DNA of 64,000 nt from Phaeosaccion multiseriatum (Eukaryota; Protista; Ochrophyta, other classes): positions 2,976,001 through 3,040,000 of the forward strand of contig OZ218961.1 in NCBI GenBank assembly GCA_965112735.1. Reading direction: 5' to 3'. The translations under genes and the position numbers were made by a program. Below are positions 10,570-20,909 of this stretch, in pieces. Numbering within the stretch: position 1 is the first letter of the stretch; every line of letters starts with the position of its first letter. A model generated the notes under the pieces. The model was not told where the DNA came from, made no database searches, and saw only the letters and a list, made by a program, of their open reading frames with translations.

Positions 10570-12756
10570 ATGATGATGACTATGGAAGAAGCGCTGCAGC
10601 GGATTCAAGAGTGGCGTGATGAGAACAGCAGTGAGGTTGGCGAGAAGTATCTTTCGCTCTTGCTGGCAGCCGTGCTCTCCGCCATTGACTTTGACTCGAT
10701 GAAATGGCAGACGCACACCCCCCTCCACGCTCTAGCCAGCAAGAGCGCCCTGGAAGGCACGGGATCTCAAATGCAGGGAATCGTGAAGCTGCTGAAGGGC
10801 TTTGGACTGGACATCGATGCGGAACGAGGAAACAAAGACCTCGATCAGTGGGCTATTGATGAGAAGGGTGATGATGATGATGGTAAGACAGCGCTGATCC
10901 AAGCTGCACTGAATGGCCAATTCGCTTTGGTGCAGGGGCTCGTGGAGCAGGGTGCAGATGTGAACAAAAGTGATGATAGCGGCCTTGTTCCCTTGACTGC
11001 AGCTGCTGGTCCTGTAGACTTTGTAAGTGGTGCTTCCTACGGAAGTCACCCCGTGATCACGTCCTACCTTTTGGAGCATGGTGCAAGGGTGAAGGACAGC
11101 TTCGCCTTGCATAGGGCAGCAAAAGTCGGATGTCCTGAGTCTGTGAGGATACTGCTCAAGGCCGGGGCCGACGTGAATGAGCGAGACACCAGACGAGATC
11201 GGACACCAGTCCAGTTCTGCTGCGATTCTGCGAAGGAAATGGGCCCCATCAGCGAGAGAGTGGAGGCCCTGACCTTGTTGCTGGAAGCAGGAGCGGATTT
11301 GAGTGTGAAGGGTCCTGACGGCGACTCTCTCATGCATTACGCCGCTGAGGCCGGCCATAGTGAAGTCATCGACGTCCTCGTCAGTCAAGGGCTGGCGGTG
11401 GACACGAAGAACTCTAACCAACGCACTCCTCTTCACATTGCTGCCGTCAGTGGCAAGGCATCATCTATGAAGACGCTCATTCACCTTGGAGCCTCCCTCG
11501 ACGCTATTGATGCCAAGAAAAGCACACCGCTCCACAAGGCTCTGCGATACGGGAGGGTGGACGCTGCTGTGGAACTGATTGACGCGGGAGCCAACGTGAA
11601 CGTCAAGCGAGACGGTGGCATTGCGCCCATTCATTTTGCAGCGGCATGGGGCAATATAAAGCTTGCTTATCTCCTGCTGGAGGCTGGGGCTGAGATCGAC
11701 GCGCTGACCACCAAGGAGTTCAGCCCCTTGATGGTGTGCATGTCTCCTGCAAAGGGCGACAATGTTGCAGCCCTGCTTCGGCATGGAGGTTCGGGCAGGT
11801 GGTCGCGTAAAGCTCGGCCAGGGTCCAAGGAAGAAAGAGAGAACGTGGCGGCACTCCTGCTGGAAGTGGGCACTGCAGTCACCACGCCAGTCATGGCCTT
11901 GGCTAAGAAGAGCGATTGTGGGGACGTTATCGAGGCGTATATCAATGAGAAAAGGGATGCGCACTACTCTGCTCATCGCGTTTGCAATGCCATAGCTGGA
12001 CATATATCCGGCTCTGGCTACTCTGAGGCCGCCAAGGAGGGCCGTGTGGTGCGAGTACGCTTGGTGGACAGGACAACGGGCAAGAGCAAAGAGACGCAGT
12101 ACACACTGAGCATACCTCTGATGGAGCTGTTAATGGACAAGACTGAGCAAAGCAGAGGAAGAGGGGAGGGAGGAAGCGCTGACGGCTCGGACAGGCATGA
12201 CACGGCTGCAGGCAGTCTCTCCAATATGCTGAACCCGGCAGGGCGTGGCTTCATGGATATCAAAGGCAAGGCTCAGGGCAAAGGCGAGGGGAATGACAAG
12301 GGCATGACGATTGGTACCAGCAATAGCGACACCAAGGATGAGGTGGAGGTGACGTTCGACGGAGTGGACTTTACGGAGGAGGGTTTTGCGGCTGTGATGA
12401 AGTTCGTTACGACGGGGAGCGTCAAGAGTCTGCTTACCCGAGACCGCCATGGCCTGCTGAGTGTGGAGGGAGAGGCTGGCATCAATAGCAGCAGTAGCAG
12501 TAGCTCCAGTGCCAGTGGGGATGGAAGAGGGGGCAGGCGTAGTGGTACGGCATCAGGAGAGAAGACAAAGAGGGAGCACGTGAAGCTGTTCAACGATGTG
12601 AGGGCGCGACAGGCTCTGCAGGCAGCGGACTTCTTTTGCATCGAGGCCATGTCGAGGGAGGTGAAGGCGCTCATGACTCTGTACGGCTTCGAGCTGGGCA
12701 AGGAGACGAACGAGGATGTGGATGAGCCGCCCAGGAAGGAAAGGAGAATAGTATAG
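10570..12756 (+). CDS. Ankyrin-repeat protein with a degenerate, insertion-rich C-terminal BTB/POZ-like region; intronless
   Basis: Many ANK motifs (GKTALIQAALNG, RTPLHIAAVSG, STPLHKALRYG, IAPIHFAAAWG). The C-terminus EVTFDGVDFTEEGFAAVMKFVTTG...ALQAADFFCIEAM resembles BTB helices. Confidence 0.85.
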   Translation: MMMTMEEALQRIQEWRDENSSEVGEKYLSLLLAAVLSAIDFDSMKWQTHTPLHALASKSALEGTGSQMQGIVKLLKGFGLDIDAERGNKDLDQWAIDEKGDDDDGKTALIQAALNGQFALVQGLVEQGADVNKSDDSGLVPLTAAAGPVDFVSGASYGSHPVITSYLLEHGARVKDSFALHRAAKVGCPESVRILLKAGADVNERDTRRDRTPVQFCCDSAKEMGPISERVEALTLLLEAGADLSVKGPDGDSLMHYAAEAGHSEVIDVLVSQGLAVDTKNSNQRTPLHIAAVSGKASSMKTLIHLGASLDAIDAKKSTPLHKALRYGRVDAAVELIDAGANVNVKRDGGIAPIHFAAAWGNIKLAYLLLEAGAEIDALTTKEFSPLMVCMSPAKGDNVAALLRHGGSGRWSRKARPGSKEERENVAALLLEVGTAVTTPVMALAKKSDCGDVIEAYINEKRDAHYSAHRVCNAIAGHISGSGYSEAAKEGRVVRVRLVDRTTGKSKETQYTLSIPLMELLMDKTEQSRGRGEGGSADGSDRHDTAAGSLSNMLNPAGRGFMDIKGKAQGKGEGNDKGMTIGTSNSDTKDEVEVTFDGVDFTEEGFAAVMKFVTTGSVKSLLTRDRHGLLSVEGEAGINSSSSSSSSASGDGRGGRRSGTASGEKTKREHVKLFNDVRARQALQAADFFCIEAMSREVKALMTLYGFELGKETNEDVDEPPRKERRIV

Positions 12757-13370
12757 CTAAGAGGAACTAGTGAGGATGGGAGAGGGAGAGGATGGGGCAG
12801 TGGCTGGCTGGCTGCGTTGAAGAGTTTTTGTGCAGCTCATGTGAAACTCAAGATCATTTCTTATTCTCCTGACACACTTGGTCTTTTTCTTTTTGAAGGC
12901 ATCCGCACAGATCGGAGAGAAGAAAGAATTGGGGTGTTCGTTCCATTCTGAAGCAAAGTAAGAATCAAGGGGCAACGAGTGTACAGACATGTATACACAT
13001 AAATATATGCATAAATAATATGTATATATAATAATATAAGGGGGGGGTGTAAGAAAGGTAGGAGTACGGTCACGAATTGCTTGGGGTTGCTCCTCTTTTC
13101 GGGCCCGTACTGAACCAGTGAGGGCGGTGTTTGTTTTTCGTGCATCCGCTGCTGAAAGCGCTATACCCCCCCCCCCCCCCTATGTATGTACAAGCCTTCA
13201 CCCTCCTGGTGGTAGGCGCGCTTCCTCCCCGCTCTACTTACAATGCTACCATTACTAGCTCGCTGCAATAGTTTAAATGGTGGTGCCGTTGGTGCTCCGT
13301 CCACACCCTTTCCTTCACCGCTACGATACGCTACACCTTCTGAAGAGACCGGCCACCATCACTTTGCTCT

Positions 13371-15595
13371 TCACAGAATAACGCGGTCTCGCTGCGCCTG
13401 CTCCTGCTCCGTCCGAGCCTCGGCGAGAGTTCGCTGCCTAGGGCGATCCTCCACGACAGACGCAGCCGAGGTCTGACCGCCCCACGTCGTGTCTGCCACT
13501 CCTTTCACGGCCCCGTTGCTCATTGTGGTCCATTCTGTAACGTCAAGCCCTCCCTCCACATCCTCCTCAAACATTTCGATGCCTCTGACGCTCCCCGTCG
13601 AAACCGCCGGGAGGCGATGGTGACGATGGGCACCACCACGCCCACTCGTAGCAGAGTTTGATGCCTGGTGGTGGTGGTGGTGGTCGGGAACATAGAGGAC
13701 GGTTACCGCCGCCCCTACCGCCGCTACAGCTGCACAGATGAGGAGCACGGGTGCGACTCCCCATGAGGCCGCGAGCTCTCTGAATCCCAAGGTTCCGATG
13801 AGAGCCCCAAGCTTGCCTGCAGCGGCAGACACACCACTCAGCGATCCCCGCACCTCCTCTGGGAACACGAGGGAAGGGAAGATGAAGGTCGTCGAGTTGG
13901 GGCCGAAGTTGCTAAAGAGGAAGGTCAGGCAGTAGCAAATCACAATGAAGAACTTGTTGGCAGAAAGCACCAGGCCATCGATGCAGGAGCCGACCAGGGC
14001 AAAGAGAAGCGCGATGATGATAAATCCTTGCAGCTGCATTCGCTGTGGCCCCATGCGTTTCATCATGCCCACCGCCAAATAGTAACCGGGCAGCGCCACA
14101 AGAGCAACGAGAGCATCCACCCCAGCGAGAGCTCGATACCGATCATCCAGCGAGTTAAACACGTCTTCCAATACGGCGGTTTGCGTGAGAGTGTTGCCGT
14201 AGAAGGTGATGTCAAAGAGGAACCAAGCGCCCGCAGTACCCACCAGTGTCTTGGCCAGCTCCTGATGCTGTAGGGCGGCCCAAATCTGCCCCGCGGAATG
14301 CCCCGTGTCCTCCTCCTCCTCCTCCTCCTCCCCTTCCTCCCCCTCCTCCCCCTCCCCGTCTTCCTCTTCCTTCCCGTCTTCCTCCTCCTCTTCGTCTTGT
14401 TCCCAGTTGGGTCTACGGAGGGTCCCATTGTGACGCAGCGGAGTCCGCAGCGTCTGTTCTGAATCTGAGTCTGACATCGAGCTCGACGCCAACGCCTCGC
14501 GCGCAGCTCCTTCTCCCTCCCGGATCTCTTCGTATCGAGGGCCGCGTCTATCGTTGCTGTCCCTCTGGTGTTCCTGCTGCGAGTGGGCGTGCATCTGCTG
14601 CAGTGCGTCTGGCCCTCCGACGACGTGATGCGAGTGAGGGTGAGGGGCGTGATGGTGGTGTCGACGTGTCCAGGCCACCCCGGCCAAGAGGAGGGGCCCG
14701 ACACCACCGAGACCCAGACCGAGTCGCCACACCAAAGACAAATCTACACCCATGATCAAGAGCAGCCAGTACACGAGCGGCACCAAGAGATAACCAATGC
14801 CCTGAAAGCTGAAGCAGATGGCGACTGCCTTAGCCCCCTCCTCTTCCCCGCCGCCTCCCTCTCCCCCGTTTCCTCCCTCTAGCCCTCCTCCTCCTCCTCC
14901 TCCTCCTCCTCCTGTTCCTGCTGCTGCGGCTGCTTCTGCTTCTTCCCCTATCGATGCCGTTGCAGCCACCTCCGGTGCTGAAATGCCCAACGGACCCCCT
15001 CGCTGTCCGTGAGATGCTTCGCGCTGACTAGCGCTCTCTCTCGCGATTGTAGATGCCAATGGGTACACACCTTATACAGGAATGAGGGAAGGGCGGCCGT
15101 GAGGGAGGTGTAGTGGACGTATACAGAAAGAAAGAGAAGAAGTGAGAGGAAAGGGGAAATCAATCATCAGACTTAATGACTCTTCTCACCTCCCGCTCCG
15201 ACCCCGAGAATTGTCCTCCACATAGCCAGCTGCAGAGCAAGACTGTAAGACCCGAAGCCAGAGCTCCAAGTTAGCAACGCCGAGCCGAAGGCTCCGATCG
15301 CGCAGAGCAGTAGCGACACACTGAGAGCGGGGAGTCTGCCCATCCAGTCCGCACAGAAGCCGAACAACAGCTGCCCAAAAATCATACCGAGGATCAGAGA
15401 GCTGCTGCAGACCGTGTCGGCGGAGGTGCTGTCACCATAGAGCCCATCTGTGATGGCAAGCGTCAAGCCAATGTTCACCACGTTAAAGCTGATAAACAGG
15501 TTGGCCAGGGAGGCCAGGGCGAGTGCCGATAGCCGCCAACCACCCCCCCTCAGCTCCCGTCGTCTGCAGGGCGCCACTGTGATAACCCTCTCCAT
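13371..15595 (-). CDS. MFS inorganic phosphate:H+ symporter (PHO84/PHT1 family); intron 15071-15189
   Basis: Motifs GQLLFGFCADWMGR, spliced WRTILGVGAGGVYPLAS, FSFQGIG, LVGTAGAWFLFDITFYGN, FSNFGPNSTTFIFPS and SAAAGKLGALIG. Confidence 0.88.
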
Positions 15596-15929
15596 CTCCT
15601 CCGCTTCGTTTGTGTTCGTCGGTTCGATAGTTCTGCGTCGTCGCCAAAACTGAGAGTACCAACGCGCGCAGAAGGCCTACTGTATCCAGCTGATCAGAGG
15701 GGGGGGGACATACGGCAGCTACGAGGTACGTGGGTGGGGTACCCGTCGAAAATCTTCGTTAAATTGCTATTGATACTATGCGATTGAGACGATATCTTGA
15801 GACCGGCACCCCGGTCGAAATAATCTCGCATCAATCAATACAAGCGCGGGAGACTGTCTCTTTCCATTCAAAAAGTGTGAAGGAAAGCCCTCACTTCCCG
15901 ATTGCCTTCTCCTTCCTTTTGCTCTTGCC

Positions 15930-18900
15930 ATGGTTTTATTCAAGGGCGCTTGTGCTGTCTTCGTGGGTCTTCTGCTCGCGGATCCAGCAGCAGCTGGCAG
16001 CAGCTTTAGGAAGAGCAAGAGCGGCAGCGGCAGTAAGAAAGACAGGAGCGCCAGCAGTGGTAAGAAGAGCGACAGCGGCGGCGAAAAGAACGGCAGCGGT
16101 AGCAAGAAGAGTGGTGAGAGAGAGTTAGTCGGGAAGGGTATGAATGGATGATGTGGGGATGGTTGTCCTCCTGTTTGCATCCTCGTTCGCTCGCTCAAGC
16201 ACTTCCCCCTTGTCACTCTCTCACTTTTCTCACTCATTGATTCAATGACTCGCTCACCCGTGGCCTTTGTCACTCACACCATCATCAACCCGGCCTAATC
16301 CCTCACTTGCTCACTCAATTTCTCACTTACCCGCTCTCTCAATTCCCTCACTCACTTCCTCACTCCCTTGCTCACTTACTTGCTCACTTACTTGCTCACT
16401 CACTTGCTCACTTACCCGCCCTCTCCATTCCCTCACTCATCACCCACACGTAAAATTCCTTCCTCGCTCCGCTTCAGGTTCATCGACTGGCTCTCCTTCT
16501 CCAGTATGGACGGACCCACCTTCTCCCGTATGGACGGACCCACCTTCTCCCGTGTGGACAGCCCCACCTTCTCCCGTGTGGACGGACCCACCTTCTCCGG
16601 TGTGGACAGCCCCACCTTCTCCCGTTTGGACGGACCGCCCAGCTCCGGTACCGACGCACCCCCCTTCTCCCATATGGACCAAAGCCCCTTCTCCTCCGGT
16701 GCCTGTCTGCGAGCCAGATGCCTGCATCGCCCAATGCGCCGAGTACGGTGAAACATGCTACACCGCAGAGAGCTACTGCTCTGACACCAAGAGTGGTGCC
16801 GCACCCGCCGATTGCAACCCCCACGGCTGCGGCAGCTCCTGCCGTCTCTGCGGCCCCGACGTGATGACAGAGAACGGTCTCCCTCTGCTCTGCCCCAAGG
16901 ACGACTGCGCCTCTCCCACCCCGACCCCAACGGCCCCGACTCCGATGTTACCTCCGACAAAGGTGCGCGTTGGTTTATCGTCTCTCGTCGCTGTCTGTCC
17001 ACATACGACTTATGTTATCCGTTGTTGTTGCATGTGTGGAGTGCTGGTACAGAGGCGTCGCTCTCAGTTCAGTCCTATGGGTAGAGTCTCTCGTGTATCG
17101 CACCGGCCGATGGGCATCGCTGCTGGACTTCGACTGTTGATCAGTGTTGGGGATTGCCGTGTCCTTGTGGTGTGGTTGTGGTGATGTATTGATGTATAGA
17201 CATGTCTGTTCGAGACTCAGCAGCCCTGTTTGGGTCGCATCGTTGTCTGTTGTCTTGTGTAGTGATGCATGTCCTCGGAAAACCACATACTGTATCTGTC
17301 CGATACCCAACTTATCTGTGGATACCCAAGTATCTGCTGAGTCTGACCACAGCGTGATGTGTGGCCGACGCAGCATCACAGTTGGCAGTCGTTGTTGATT
17401 AACGATATTACTTTAACCTCCGCTACTCTCTCTTTGTTCGCTCCAGGCCCCAGCCGCGGCCACGCACGCACCCACACCCTCACCAACGACCGCGGCTCCC
17501 ACGCACGCACCCACACCCGCACCAACGACCGCGGCTCCCACGCACGCACCCACACCCGCACCAACAACCGCGGCTCCAACGCACGCACCCACACCCGCAC
17601 CAACGACCGCGGTTCCAACGCACGCACCCACACCCGCACCAACGACCGCGGCTCCCACGCACGCACCCACACCCGCACCAACGACCGCGGCTCCCACGCA
17701 CGCACCCACACCCGCACCAACGACCGCGGCTCCAACGCACGCACCCACACCCGCACCAACGACCGCGGCTCCCACGCACGCACCCACACCCGCACCAACG
17801 ACCGCGGTTCCAACGCACGCACCCACACCCGCACCAACGACCGCGGTTCCAACGCACGCACCCACACCCGCACCAACGACCGCGGTTCCAACGCACGCAC
17901 CCACACCTATAGCAACGTGCATCGAGGAGCATGACGAGTGCGCCTTTGAGTGCGAGAGGAGCGAATCCGGCAAGCCCTGCTTCACCGACCCCAGCTGCTT
18001 GGACTCGGAGGTTTCCAACGTGGGATGCAACGCCGAAGGCCTTGGTCAAACGTGCCGCTACTGCGGTCCCTCCATGACGGACTTACACGAAGGCGTTACC
18101 ATTGACTGCCCGGTGTACTGCCCCTTCACCCCGGCTCCCTTGCTGCCCGCCACAGTGGTGAGTGCTGCTGGTTTCCAGTTTCCCGGCGTCTGCCGCTCTA
18201 TGCTCCTACGGTGTTCCTCATAGGCGGCTGTATAGGGTGGAGTAGAGGCTTTGTCTGTCGCCGCCTGCGGGCCTTGCGGGTCGATGCGGCTGACATCATT
18301 TACTGTTGACCGCCCCTCGATTGCCTAGCTTGTGACGCCCTTGTCCTTTGTTGCGTTGTTACTCCACCCCTTCCTCGCTCTTCAGGCACCCACCGCGCCG
18401 ACTGTTGATGTCCCAGCTCAGACAGAAGCACCTGTAGCTGTGGAGTCACAAGTAACGGAAGCACCGGCAGCTGCGGAGACGGAAGCAACGGAAACACCGG
18501 TAGCTGTGGAGACACAAGCACCGGAAGCACCGGTAGCTGTGGAGACGGAGGCACCTATCACGAGCGGTGAGACTCGTATGACTTACTGACTTATGACTTA
18601 CTGACTTACTGACTTATGGAGTCGTCCCTCGGCATGTGCAGTGTTGTTTCTCATGTCGCGTTAACCTTTTGCCCCATGCCCTAACTGCCACCGTTGATTC
18701 AAGCCCCTGCCTGCTCACCCAGCTCTGCGCTGCGCTGCTCGTCGCTCTGTGCTCGCTTTCCTCCTTTCGCAGACTCTCCTGACTGCATTCCCGATGCATG
18801 CTACGAGGCCTGCATGGCCGAGGGTGACGACAAGGGCTGCGTGACAGAGCCCGCGTGCTCTGAAGAGGGAGGAGGAGCTTTGGTCGGATGCAACGCTTAC

Positions 18901-19297
18901 GGCTTGGGCCAGAACTGCCGTTTCTGCGGTCCTTCCATGGAGAGTACCTACGGAGTCGTAGTGGAGTGCCCCGCGGCCTGCGACGCAACACCCACCCCTG
19001 CGCCCTCAACTGTGGCCCCGGTCTGGGTAGCACCTGAAAGTGAGGTATGTGCATGTGTGTATGCACCCTGCAATTGGCAGAGTCGGGGCAGGGTAGGCGT
19101 GTGCTCAGAGCAATCAGCGTGGTTGTTTGCAGTCGTTGACGCCGTTGTTGTTGTGGTGCGGTCCTCCTCCTTTGCTCGCGCTGAAGGCACCCGCCGTACC
19201 ACTTACCGAGGCCCCAGTCGAGACGGAGGCCCCAGTGACGGTGAGAAGAGTCGGGAAACTATATTGACTATGGGAATCACCCTAAGAATTACGTTAT

Positions 19298-19357
<60 letters not shown>

Positions 19358-19780
19358 GGTGGGTGCGGAGAGTGGGAGGGATGTGCATCGAGGATCGGTT
19401 CTCTTGTTGAGTTGAGGTATTGTGTGATGTTTGATCGACGTGGGCATCACCGTTGACACCCTTGTTGTGGACCTGCTGCGCGCCCCTTTCTCCCGCTTTC
19501 AGGCCCCCACCGTACCACCAACCGAGACACCTACAAAGGCCCCCACCGTACCACCAACCAATGCACCAACCCAGGCACCTACAAAGACTCCGACCACTCC
19601 CCCTACACCCGCGCCCACGGATGTTTCGGATTGCTGTGATCTGGACAGGCTTACGGCCGCGGATGAGGAATACCTCGCGCTGTACGACAAGACGCTGATC
19701 TGCGACGAGCAGTGCCTGGACGATACCCTAAACCTCGAGTAAGTTGCACCACGTGGCGCTTTTCATGGCTACGCTTTGGC

Positions 19781-19833
<53 letters not shown>

Positions 19834-20272
19834 GTGTACCTCCCTCCCTCCCTCCCTCCCTCCCCTCAGGCACTGCGCGATGTGGGACCTTGGGGCCACT
19901 TGCCGGGCCTGCTACAACGCAGGTGGAACCAAGACCTACCTCGCCGACCAGCTCGCGATGGGCAACACGCTCACCTGCGACGATCTCAACATGTGCGCCG
20001 GTGAGGTGTGCGAGCCGCTCGACACTGAGGCGACTATCGAAGCGGACGGTGACATCACTCCTGGTGGAGGAAGCCTGCGGTCAGGGGAGTCAGGATCGAC
20101 TTCAGGCACCGCTTCTAGTGCTTCCTCCGCCCCCGGGCTTTCCGGAGGATCCATCGCAGGCATTACGGTGGCGTGTGCGGTGGTTGTGGGTGTGGGAGCG
20201 GTGGTGGCGATGAAGAAGAGAGCAGCCCTTAAAGCGATGCCGGAGGATGTCGCGGGCGAGGACGTCAACTAA
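15930..20272 (+). CDS. Secreted type-I membrane mucin-like protein with Cys-rich modules, paralog of the FAS1 gene but without FAS1. Exons approx. 15930-16113, 16478-16962, 17447-18157, 18386-18566, 18773-19044, 19187-19240, 19503-19738, 19870-20272
   Basis: Signal peptide [30 protein letters not shown] and [13 protein letters not shown] repeats, three CN..G.G..CR.CGP modules and a C-terminal TM helix + KKR. Junctions are frame-consistent GT-AG. Confidence 0.85.
16495..16700 (+). repeat. Coding 24-bp tandem repeat (PSPVWTDP), ~8 copies
   Basis: ccttctcccgt(a/g)tggacggaccca recurs. Confidence 0.9.
17455..17907 (+). repeat. Coding 39-bp minisatellite ([13 protein letters not shown]), ~11-12 copies
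   Basis: acgcacgcacccacacccgcaccaacgaccgcgg recurs with 39-bp period. Confidence 0.95.
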
Positions 20273-20404
20273 AGGCACAGATATATGTGTGTGTGAGGGG
20301 GGGGTACTTCTACGTGTTTGCAGGTGGTTCGTGGTGATGGCATGACGAAGTAGTAGTAGTAGTAGTAGCAGCACCACCACCACCACCACCAGCACCACCA
20401 CCAC

Positions 20405-20465
<61 letters not shown>

Positions 20466-20909
20466 CGTCGTCGTCGTGGTGGTGATGGTGGTGGTTGGCA
20501 GTCTCCCACACCCCCCGCCCCTCTCCCGAAGAACTTCATTAAACTTCATTTTATTAAAGTTCAAGAGACCCCTTGATACCTGATCGGAACTAATTGCTAC
20601 GACAGCTGCCGACGTGTGTGTAGCACTGTGGGCGATGGAAAGGAAAAAAAAGGAGAGAATCGACCCATTTTAGGAGGCGTACCGCGGACTGCCATCGCCG
20701 TTACAGAAATCTTTTGGGAAGCTCTGCGCCCTATGCCAGCCTGAAGTGGGAGGGGAAGAAGCCCAGATGCACTCGGAGCTAGAGATATAGAGCGAGAATA
20801 GAGTGGCAGCAAGGACCTAAGGAGAGAGAAGGGAGCGCAGAGAGACCGAGAAGGGAGAGAGAGAGCATGTGAAGAATGGAGAAGTAGCAGCAGCAGGGGA
20901 GGTGCTATT

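Noticed and set aside
17359-18049. Alternative-frame and antisense ORFs over the 39-bp repeat ([20 protein letters not shown] and similar)
   Set aside because: These are shadow frames of the Pro/Thr/Ala coding minisatellite.
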